DNA from: Conidiobolus incongruus B7586
Lineage: Eukaryota
Assembly: GCA_000697335.1 (NCBI GenBank)
Contig: JNEM01013595.1
Location: forward strand, 1 to 48,637
Direction of reading: 5' to 3'
DNA length: 48,637 nt
Below the pieces are notes generated by a model, which saw only the letters and a list, made by a program, of their open reading frames with translations, was not told the origin of the DNA and searched no databases. Positions 23,823 to 35,690 of the stretch are shown piece after piece. The translations under genes and the position numbers were made by a program. Numbering within the stretch: the first letter of the stretch is position 1; each line of letters starts with the position of its first letter.

Positions 23823-26532
23823 TGAAGTTTAATCAATACCATTTTTTAATCCTTTTACATTACCTATCAAATATAATTAATCTTCAAACCAATTAAACCA
23901 TCCAAATATTCAAAAAAAATACTATATCTGATGTTTAAATATTTTTCAATATACTTTTGGTGTGCACTAAAATTTAATATTAATTTATGAAAGAAAATTC
24001 AAAATTATCAACTTAGAAATAAACTTTTAATCAGATGAATAGAATATAAATATTCATGCACAAAAATTAACAAAAAAATTTTTACTGCAGATAAATGAAT
24101 TATTTTCAAAAATTTCGTATATAGAATTACAATAAGTTTGTTAGCAAATTTTGGCGATTAAAAGCAATAAATGTAAGGCAATTTTCAAAATAACCCAAAT
24201 TCACAATATTTTATATTAATTTTATGGTACAAAATTAAACAGTATGTATATTGATAAATATGTATATGTTGATATTATTAAATATGAAGCTGTAGCCATA
24301 GTACTGGATTAGTAGTTACCACTATTTACTACCTTGATAATTTATTTTCTTCATCTAGAATTCATATTTGATACTTTTGCTTAACAAATGGGTTTTTATT
24401 TTATTCACCAATAATAATTTCATTTTTATTATCAATCCATTTTGAATATTTTTACATTTTATTATACAATATTAAAATTTTTAAGTTCAAGCTCAATAAT
24501 CAATGGTTAAAGCTATGATAATTTCAAAGATTAAGATTGTATCTAGCGCAATACTCACTTAATAATTAGTTCTTGCATTCAAACAGTTAAATCAAACCAC
24601 CCTTTTTTTCAAGTATCACTATGAATTATGTTATTTTAATGTTTAATCTTCCTAAAATCATTATTAAACTTATACCGAATATTGCAAACTATTAAATTAT
24701 ATTTACAAATATCTTAAAAATTTATGGTGTTATTTGTGAAATTAATTGATTATTGAAAATCTTTTAATATACTAAATGTTTAGCCATTCGAATAATCATA
24801 ATACCTTTAGATAAAATGTTATTTAGTACTACAAATTTGATAATACGTGTACTTATATTTATCCGGATACAATTCAACAGAATTAAACAGAATAAATAAC
24901 TTATTTAAACAATTAAATTGTTATAATATTTCATTATATTTATTAAATCTATATTAATAATCGATCATTTAAGAAAACTTTATTTGATACCAATATCTTT
25001 GTAGTTGAGGTAATAATACAGTTATTAACATTAAATATATATATAATATTTTTTAAAATATATATTTTATTGTGCTTTAATTGAAAACAATTTATTTTCT
25101 TCAAAATGACAAATAATTGTAATATAAATAAATTAATCATATATAATATAATCATATCCATTCATTTATTAATTATCTTTTAATTTTGATAATTTTTTAG
25201 AAAATCTAAAATAATTAGTGTCAACCTTAATCCTTATAAATAAGATTTTACTATTATAAAATATATAAAGAATCAAAATCAATCATATTGGCTATTTTAA
25301 AAAATTATTTAGCCATGTTTTGAACTTTTAAAATAACCTTGTTAATAAAATAATGTTAATTAAGCCTTTTTATTAATAGCAAATATTTTTTTATTCTGTA
25401 ATCAGTATTGTTTTTATATTAAGAGAATTCTGTATTAAAAGCTTTTACTTAAGTATATTGAAAAGTATATATTAAAATAAATAATTAAATTTAAAATCAA
25501 TATCTTATATAATATTATATTAATAGATTATTGAAATATTATAATTGTGAATTTATAATAGATTTAATCTTCAAAAATTTAAATATAAATTTATTAAATT
25601 AAATATCAAAAAAAATTAAATTCAAAATTGTTTCAATATTATACATATATATTTAGAAAATAAGGGATCATTATTGATATAAAATATATATTCAAACTAA
25701 TTATTATATTAAAACCTATAAGTAATTATTTGTTAATTTTAATTATTAATATTTAAATATCAAATTAAATTAGATAATAATGGTTTAAAATATCTAATAA
25801 TATATATTATATATAAATCTATAATGCAAGTTATTAAACAAACTCTTGTATAACTATAATTTATATAAGGTCAGATATATAATAACCAGATTTTATTATA
25901 TATTTTTATTTATAGATAAATTAACAAATATATTAGTGATATTTTATTGATTGGTATTTCCATAATTATAATAGCTTAATTTCATTTAAATTTTATTTTA
26001 TAGCAAAAATTGAACTATATAAAAAAATAACTATATATATTCATTGGTTTATTTTAGTGTTTTTGAAAGCGTAATAATATCTATTTTGATCATTATATTT
26101 TGGCTAAGTATTATTATCAATATTTAATAATATTAAACTATTTATAAATTATTTCAATTCCAGATAAATCAAATAAATTTAAAGATAAATATTATATTAT
26201 TGAAATCATAAATTTAAGTTTAATATTTTATGATAATTTAAATCATTTTAATTTTAAATTAATTTTCATTTTCAAAATCAAAAATTCATAATCAATAATA
26301 AATTTTAATGACTCTCAATATATAGCTATTAAGCTCTGTTTATTATCAATAAAATATAATTTTATTGGATTTGTTAAAAGGCAGGTTCTCAAATTTCTAA
26401 TATAATTCTATGTTTTATATTAACTCTAAATTAATAAAATAATATATATTTTTGAAGTTAATTTAAATTAATAAATACCATTGATTTAACTAAAACATGA
26501 TTTTCTTATTTTTATCTAAATATATTATTATT

Positions 26533-26859
26533 TGTTGTGGTTTATAGTAAGTACTGTAAATAAAGATGAATGTTAAAAGAGTACTTGTAATACAATATAG
26601 TAAATTATTTATTAATCTTGTATATCTTAAAGCTTACTTACTGTTGAGGCACTGTAGCAGGATATCCAGAAAAATCCTTTTCTATCGCTGTCACTCCTGG
26701 GTTTAAATAATTTGTTCGGTGAGTGATAGGATTTGGATAATTCTAATAAGATGAACTAAAGACCATCATTTGATTATAAACCAACAAAGCCACTATAAAT
26801 GAGCAGTAATATGGACTTGACTATTGAATCGAGACAGACGAGTATTTTAAAATACAACA
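26533..26859 (-). mobile_element. Solo-LTR-like family A, copy 3 (least decayed)
   Basis: TGTTGTGGTTT ... AAAATACAACA, reverse orientation relative to copy 1. Flanks TTATT/CTATT. Confidence 0.8.
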
Positions 26860-29164
26860 CTATTCCTTCTGATTATTTTATATCATTCTTATTTTCTGAG
26901 TTTTGAGATTATCCCTAATAATACTATGAGGAATATGGATACTACCTACTATATTAACTAATATATTCGAAGCATAAATACTCACTGATATATAAAATTG
27001 ATTACATCACTACTTGTCTAAATCTTTTCACTATATTGAATTTGCCACTATATACTGTTACAAAATTAATAAATTACCATGATCATTCTGAAATCTTCAT
27101 TATTGATAAATCAAAATATTTTTCAATTAATTTGCTAATGATAACTCTTCCTAAAGTGTATTAAAATTGTATTTCTTTTGTAATAATCTGTTTTCCAATG
27201 TTGTTAATCATAGTAATATTATTATATATGATCTTATTTAAATTTTACAAATTTTTAAAAATTATAAAAACTGAAATTACCATGCTTCAATAACTAATGA
27301 CTTGACTATGAAATTATAACAATTATGATTATTGAAATTTAATGGTGAATCTCTAAATTAGGACTCCACTTTTTCGAATACCAAGACTATTAACAATAAG
27401 CAAATATACTAGGTTTTATTGTATCTTTTGTATATTTTGAATAATAATATTTGTTTTTAAAACTCAGTTTAATTGGATAATTATTTTATTTGTCAAAAAG
27501 GCTTTATATTCAATCCTATAAATTTTTAAACTATATAATGTTTTAGTACTATTATCGCAAAAATCACATTATATATTGAGAATTTTTTGATATACCACCT
27601 ATTCTCAGATATAAATATACTTTGATATTGATATCTACAAGATTTGCTCAAATTTTTGCCAGGTTCTCATATTATATGGATTATATAATATCAATTCAAT
27701 ATAATGAAATATATCATAATGAATCAAATCTAGAACGATGTGTATTTAGTAAATATTGCATTTACAATATTTACAAAGACCTTAATTGCCTTATATATTG
27801 TTTATTAATTGATTTTAGTACATTATTATCCAAATTTAAAACAAATACATTTTAATTATCAATTTTTTCAGTTTCAAAATTTATTTTTAAGTTTAGAATT
27901 TTTTCGAATCTAGCTGAACATATTTTTAATACCAGTAGAGTAGCACATTTACATCTGTATATAACCTTTAAATCAAGTCAAAATCACTTTTTAAAAGTAC
28001 CAGTATATCTTAATACCTAGATTTTATGGATTCAATAATTTTGATAATATTCACAATGTTAAAGGACATATATTATAAATGTCCAGAGATGTTCTTTTCA
28101 ATGTAGAGCTTGAAGGATCAAGTTATTAAACCTTGATAAATAATAGGAGTTGAATATTTTTTCACTATTATTTATATTAATATTCAAATTCGATGTAAAA
28201 TATTAGTTAATATTTATTCTAGGATTTAAATTAAGAATATATTGAAGAATTTTCAATTCAGCAAATCTTTTAATAGAATTCAAAAATTAACCGATTTTAT
28301 TAAGCGATTAACCTATTTTATTAATAACAGATATATAAATCTGGAATTTTAATAATTTAATAAAACTTTTGATTTGATAATAAATTCAAGAATAAATGAA
28401 TTTAACAGACTTGATCAATATAGTATTAAATCTAAAAATTATTGTGTTCAATAAAATATGAGAAAAAGAAGCTAAATTATTTAATCTGGTATCTTTCCGA
28501 AATTAGAGGTTCAACTATTCAACCCTTGTATTACAGCCGGTATTATTTACAAAGTTAAAAGTTGTAATTGGCACAACTATGAAAATATATTATATAATAT
28601 TGTTACTCTAAATGCAGCTAATAAGTTTAATATGTTATACAAAACGTAATACTTTCTTTTTTTATCATTTTGATCTTTGCCATTTTGCCACTATAAATGT
28701 ATATACTTTGGTATACATAATTTAGGATAGAATATGATTTATGGAATTAAATGATCAAAAACTATTGAATTTTTGAAATGATAAAAATAAATTCTAAATT
28801 TAAAAAGGATTGCTCAAGTTCTTAAATAATTATATTGATAGTATGATTTACAAAATAGATTTCTATCGCTAATTCTATACTGTTTTTGTAATACAAGATA
28901 ATATTTCAATTATTTTAAAAATCGGAAAAATTGAGAACTAATCAAAATCTATTGGGTTTAATCCACCATATGTTATTAATTTATGAATCTATTTTCATTA
29001 GATATCCGAATTCCAGAATTACAATCCACAATCACATTTGAATTAACATCACATTAACCATTTTTATTAAATTTTGATAATATTTTATTTTATTTTACAT
29101 TACATGGTATTATATTATTATACTGATATTGTGTCATGATTAGCAGGATCGAATTGGTCACGGG

Positions 29165-30253
29165 TTAGAACCACTTTTTATTCCAAATCCCTTTCCACCA
29201 ATCAACTATTTTATCTTTGGTTCTTTGGAACCAATTTCGGGGATCAATTGTCTTGGGATCTTTACAATTCGAGTTGAGACGTTGATTCCAGAATGTGAAG
29301 TGGGCATCAAGGGTTAACTCTTTGACATATTCAACACAATTGGGATCTTCTCCAGTTAAAGAGCATTTAATGGGTTTTCCATTCAGTGTCATATGAAGAA
29401 TGTGCTGACTATGATAGTATCCCAGGAAATGGCCAGGAGAGATCGAGACGATATCACCTCTAGTAGTGACTCTAGCAGATTCAATAGGTTTGGAATTCAA
29501 GTAATCGGCAAATCTTGGGCTACCTACACGAGGCTGACCAAATGTAATTAGTTGGATATCATTCCAACGGAGAGACCCTTCATCAGCAAGCTTAACTGCA
29601 CTAAGGGTAGCCAAGGCGCCTCCTAAACTGTGACCAGTAAAGACAATGCGATAGGTAGGATTCTTTTTCTTGGCAGCGAGAATTGCAGATCTCATTTTGG
29701 GCAAAAGAGCATTCACAGCATCATTGAAACCATCGTGGACTTCAACTGGAGTAGTGCTGTTAGTTTTGATTCGAGTAAGTTTAAATTGCAAATTAACAAT
29801 CCAATTCTTAAAATTGCTGGTACCACGATAAGAAACAATAATGATCTTGCGATCGTGATTCACTCCCATAAATGCAGCAGACTTATGCTTATCATAACTG
29901 ACATAGACGATATCCTTAGTATTGGCACCATAACCCTGGCAGTTATAACAATTCCATTTTTCAATCTCGTTCTGAGGACAATATGCGGTGGCGGCGTAAT
30001 TAAGGAAATTCATTGCAAAACTATTGGGCAATGTCTTGATTGAAATAGGTTTGGGGAAATCGTCGAAAAAATCCATGGTGCGTGCTTCAGCTTTAGGAGC
30101 ATTTTCGGCTTGTTGATCAGCCTCCTTAGCTTGACTAATCAGCTCTTCCAGAGAGCTTAACATCTCTTTATCTTCACTTGCTTCGATTGGCACATCTTTG
30201 CTGGTCTGCGAAAAAATCAAATTGATCCAAAAGAAGAATATCAACAATATCAT
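29165..30253 (-). CDS. Secreted class-3 triacylglycerol lipase (362 aa, intronless)
   Basis: ATG 30253 gives signal peptide MILLIFFFWINLIFSQ plus an acidic propeptide. Motifs AATAYC, VSYRGT, VHDGF, FTGHSLGGA, TFGQPRVG, GDIV and catalytic His (DAHFTF). TATAAATA at 30299-30292. Confidence 0.96.
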   Translation of the reverse strand: MILLIFFFWINLIFSQTSKDVPIEASEDKEMLSSLEELISQAKEADQQAENAPKAEARTMDFFDDFPKPISIKTLPNSFAMNFLNYAATAYCPQNEIEKWNCYNCQGYGANTKDIVYVSYDKHKSAAFMGVNHDRKIIIVSYRGTSNFKNWIVNLQFKLTRIKTNSTTPVEVHDGFNDAVNALLPKMRSAILAAKKKNPTYRIVFTGHSLGGALATLSAVKLADEGSLRWNDIQLITFGQPRVGSPRFADYLNSKPIESARVTTRGDIVSISPGHFLGYYHSQHILHMTLNGKPIKCSLTGEDPNCVEYVKELTLDAHFTFWNQRLNSNCKDPKTIDPRNWFQRTKDKIVDWWKGIWNKKWF

Positions 30254-32021
30254 TTTGCTATGTGATGACAAAGATTATGTAGTTCAAGAAGTATTTATAT
30301 CATATAAACTGGATTCAGGGAGCAATTAGTTATTTCCGAATATCATTATCAATAATTAAAATTATTCAAATGATGTATGGATATAAATAGTATTTTCACT
30401 CTTAAATTGATCCATTTTTCAAGAGTCATCACTACTTGATATACTTGAAATCTTTTTTTTTCTTGTTTTGAAAAACTTATTAGTATGATTGTATGACAAA
30501 TTGGACATTTTTACAGTTTAATAGGTGTCACGAACAATCAATAATATTTATATTACAATTGAGGAATAATTTTATGTATCTATGAAAGTATACCTTTTCT
30601 AAATGAATATCTATGCTAATTTATTAAATAAATTAATTAATTAAAAGAACATGGAATAATCAAATAAGATCCTTTAAACTAATAAGTATTCCTTAAATTA
30701 ATGTTAGCTGCTCTGAATTGAATATAAATTCCTGTTAAATTGATTTCATTAATTTGACAACCTATCCCAAAAAACATGATAAATTTTATTCATCCGAATT
30801 TGGATAATTGAATGAGTAACTGAAAAAGAAATTGAAGGTCATTTTTCGTGTATGAGTAATAACTGTATCAAATTTGATAATTAAAAAACGAAATGTTATC
30901 TTTAGTAAAATTATATATGGACAAAGATATTTGTGAAATGTTAATAAGTCATTTGATCTATCATAAATCCTCAAAATTAAATTAAAGTACTTTCTGCTAA
31001 ATACTGAAGAAATTATATGATATAAAATATTATTATTATTATTATAATTTTTTGAACAATTTTAAATAGTCAAAATCTCAGGATAAAATTCTTTGTAAAT
31101 ATTTTCCAAAATATTTCCTAACTTTTTGATTCAAGCTCTTCGGATTAATCAACTACTGATTGAAAGTATATTATATTCCTTTCGGAAATATTGAAGTACA
31201 GCTAAATATAATGGAAAAATGCACGTGGTTTATTTTGATATTTACCATATAAAGATGACTTTGAAATGATATCATGAAGGGTTAAGTGGTGCTTAGTGAT
31301 ACAAGAATAAGAAAATTATAAAGGTAAAACGAATTACTCGGAATCAAATATCAAGTTTAATTCAACGAAATCTTGCTTATAAAGCTCAATAATCATGTTT
31401 TTAGATATATATTAAGCTTGTAACGGCATTGATATTTACTTTTTAGGATATAATAAGTTATTGTTTTGTAATGTTTTCACAAAAAGAGAAATACGAGGTT
31501 GTACGCCTAATTTCCAATTTTCATTGAAAATTGAAAAATATATAAATTCATTATTCCAATTTTAGTGTTAAAACCTATCAAATAATTTTTTCCTATTTAT
31601 AGTTGATCATGTTACTTATGTATAACTTTATATATATTTGATCAAGTGTTGATAATACAGATACAAACATTATTTAAAACTATTTGACCAAGTATATAAT
31701 AGCAATGATATTAAGCCTTATCTATAATCTATTAAATGTTAATGTATTCAACTTAATTAAAGGTAGTTCTAAAATTCAACATTTAGATCGGAGAGATGTA
31801 TTTAATTAAAAAATATTGTGAATAAATTAATGATTAATTTTTCTTATTTTTTAAATAAGGAACTTGGAATATATCTGAAACATATATAATAAATTTTTTC
31901 TTAATAATCAAATACACAATTCAAAATTTTTTTATATTTTATTTATTACTGAATTTCAATTATTAATTCCAGTTAAGTTAATTCTAATTTCAAATAGAAA
32001 ATGAACTTTGATATAAAATAT

Positions 32022-32349
32022 TATTGTATTTTGAAAATACCTGCCTATCTTGATTTGATAGTTGAGTCTATATTATCACTCATATATAGTGGCTTTGTTA
32101 GTCTATAATCAAAAAATACTCTTTGTTCTCTTTGTTAAATTTTAACCAAATCTTATATCATTTATTGAATCAGCTATATAAAGATAGAAAAGAAGTTTTT
32201 CTTGGTATTTTGCTACAATATCTTAACAATAAGTTTTAAGATAGTCCCAATTTATTAAAGGGCAGGATTAATATATAATTCTCTAAATCATATTATGAGT
32301 ACTTTTCTAACTGCAATCTTTATTTATAAAACTTTTATAAAACACTAAA
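32022..32349 (+). mobile_element. Solo-LTR-like family A, copy 4
   Basis: Starts TATTGTATTTTGAAAATACC (G>A in terminal TG). Inverted partner of 33808-34136. Confidence 0.85.
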
Positions 32350-33807
32350 TCCATAAAATGAACATAATTATTTGTTTATATACACACAATATTTAAAAAT
32401 TATATAAATAATCTTTTCAAAGATTAATTCTGAAAATCCTTATATAATATTCTACATAATTTATGTAACTTTATATTAATCAATTAATTTATAGTTTTAA
32501 AGTTAATTTAATTATATAAATATTATTAATTTTACTAATAATCCTGTTACTTTTTTTCCTCTCAATTCTCATTATTTTTTAGTTTTATTCACTATTCTTA
32601 TAATTGAAACTATTTTTATCAGTATATATTTTTGATATGATCTAATATAAATTCTAATATATCTATATTAACTCAATTGTTTAAAAAGCTTTAATAAGCT
32701 TTGTTTACTGATATACTAACTTATTACATAAATATTATATTAATACTCACTCTATATTATATTAGTTTTATTATTATTATACTTATATAGTCATATTAAT
32801 AGATATAATAAATAGTTATTATGAAATTAATACAGACTTATATTCTATATAGTAATATAAATTTCACTATATTATTATAAATATATATTTTTTATTAATA
32901 TAATCTAATTTGTGTTTACTTATATATTAAGAAAAATAATCCATATTTCATATTCATTAATAATGTAATCTTATCAATATATAAACAATATGAATTTTTA
33001 TATTAAATTATTTCCTTCACTATATATTTTCCTTGTTATAAATTATTTATATATAACCTATATTATAAAACTTACCAAAACTTCAAACATTAACTTAATA
33101 TATTAATTAATCAATTAATTATCTGTTAAAATGATAATTAATAAAATATTATATAAAGAATTATGGTTTATAATATAAATATTATTTTATTGAGTGAACT
33201 ACTTTAATTATAGCATAATATTCTCAATATTCACTAACATATATTATAGTAATAAATAAATTTCAAATTTAAGTGTCATATTTAAATTAATATTAAATCG
33301 CATAATGATTCAAATTTAAAACCATTTTGTTTTAATGTAGAATTGCAAGGTATTTTAATTATAACATTTATATTAGAATAATTTAATTTGAATGAGGAAT
33401 TACATATTAAAACATATTTTATATCTAATATAATTAAACTTGATATACAAGATATTTTGATTTTCCACATTTTAAGCATATACAAATTCATTTCATTCAT
33501 TGTTCAGAATATTATTTCACCAATTTACCGATATAAATTAGGTTTATTATATTGATTAACTAAAATGATAGTATATTTTTTGATAAATATACTTTATAAT
33601 TGTTCAAGTAAATATTACAATTAAATTTAAAAATATTATATTTAGTATCATAAAATAAATTTTTAAATTTCACAACTATTATTTTTATTTAGAGGAGTAA
33701 AATATTAATTTACAAGAGAGAGTTAAAAAATTGAAATATTATTTGACTATTATTGGTATTTATTTAATATTCTTGAAAAATATTTATAATGATTTCTGGT
33801 TTAATAA

Positions 33808-34136
33808 TATTGTGTTTATAATAGATGTTGTAATTAAAGATTATTGTTAGAAAAGTACTGGCGATTAGATTTAGTAAAATATTTATTAATCCTGCCCTTT
33901 AATAAATTGGGACTATCTTAAAACTTATTGTTAAGATATTGTAGCAAAATACCAAGAAAAACTTCTTTTCTATCTTTATATAGCTGATTCAATAAATGAT
34001 ATAAGATTTGGTTAAAATTTAACAAAGAGAACAAAGAGTATTTTTTTGATTATAGACTAACAAAGCCACTATAAATGAATGATAATATCAGCTTAACTAT
34101 CGAATCAAGACAGATGGGTGTTTTCAAAATACAACA
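33808..34136 (-). mobile_element. Solo-LTR-like family A, copy 5
   Basis: Ends TTTTCAAAATACAACA. 33884-34073 is the reverse complement of 32085-32273 apart from one homopolymer indel. Confidence 0.85.
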
Positions 34137-35571
34137 GATTGATTACAAAATTATAAAAAGTTAAATATAGTAAATCGATATATAAGCCAATATCATTAAT
34201 ATATATTGGTTTTAATTATATTTTTTTCTACATGTCCCCTCCCTTGGATATTATAGTGCTTTTTCCAATGATTATTATTTTTAAATATGATTAAAAAATG
34301 CTTTGTAATTAAAGTGCTAGGATTGAATATATATTATTAATTAACATTTAATTTTTATGTTCAAAGTTACATTTTGTTTCAATTGTAATCTATCATAATT
34401 ATTAATAAAATTTCAGCGTAATTTATAGCTAATCAATAAATAGTTTGATATAATCAAACAATTACCTATCATCCTTATGTTAATATTTACCAATTTGAAA
34501 ATTATTTTTATGATTTTAATTAGGTTAATCAGATATAAATTTTAAAATATATTAATGAATTGAAATTAACAAACAAATAAATATATCTCAATCACCCTCA
34601 TTTATTATATTCACATTAATAATACAAAAAATTTTGTATATTATTGATTAGAGTATTTTAACAAAAATATTGAACTTATTCAAACTCTATTAATTGGCAT
34701 TTTTATATTTTATTGTTTAGCAAATTATGCTCAAATATTAAAACAGAATTTAGAATATTAATAATTTTCAGAAAAAAGTTAGTGATTATTTTATAAAAAC
34801 TAATTTTATTATAGTAATATTGTTATTATACATTCAAAATATTTGTCAATTTCCTAGCCATTAAGATTTTCCAATTGAGATAGATCCCAGATTATATTGA
34901 GATTATAATTGAAATGAAAATCAAACAATTACTAGAAATATTTAATTATACTGATAATCAACTTGATACCATATATATCGATTTATTCTGGTACCTAATT
35001 ATTATAAATTTAATTTTGAACTTAATTGGATATTCATCTGTATTTTTATAAGTTTAATTGAAATACATTGCACATGAAATTGTGATGAAAAAATTCCTTT
35101 TTCGCTAATAATCTATATTACACTCAATTCGATATAAATTAAATCAAACAATATATTTTGAAAATATTTTTCTAAAAAATAATATCACAACTTTTATTTT
35201 CAATTATTGAATACTTGATGCTAAAGAATAATTTCAATATTTAATAACAATTATATAACCTAGTTAAATAATATTGATTTATGAGTTGAATTGTTGAATA
35301 TATAAAAAATCAAATATATCATATATTTAAGTTTTATAATTATATTAGTTTTATTTTATTCGAAGTAATGACTTGCATTGAAATATATTAAAAATTACAG
35401 CCAAGATGAATTTTTCTATTATGATTCAAGATTTTAATTAGATTTTTGATATATAAAAATGAATTACTCGGAAATGTGTAATATACATGTATTAGGAAAT
35501 ACAATTTCCAAAATATAAATTATTGGTTATTATTAAAAACTTTTGTTTACTAGGATTAACATCAATGTTAC

Positions 35572-35601
<30 letters not shown>
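35572..35601. repeat. (TAT)10 microsatellite
   Basis: Perfect trinucleotide tract downstream of the M3 peptidase stop. Confidence 0.9.
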
Positions 35602-35602
<1 letters not shown>

Positions 35603-35690
35603 ATACAATCTTCAAACTCTGGTACATCTCAAATCTAAGTATTAATTTGACTTTATAAAAATATAAAATTTATTCAAAATACAATTAATT

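Noticed and set aside
28020..28130. Translation MSRDVLFNVE resembling the copia post-integrase SRDV.F.E motif
   Set aside because: No flanking integrase or RT similarity, and too short to support.
31195..31395. YHEGLSGA...ITRNQISSLIQ resembling an integrase HHCC zinc-binding region
   Set aside because: Second His and both Cys are absent, and multiple stops occur. It needs BLASTX support.
24949..33500. AT-rich ORFs 24949-25161, 27622-27855, 30786-30974 and 33282-33500
   Set aside because: I/N/K/Y/F-dominated translations expected by chance in very AT-rich DNA.
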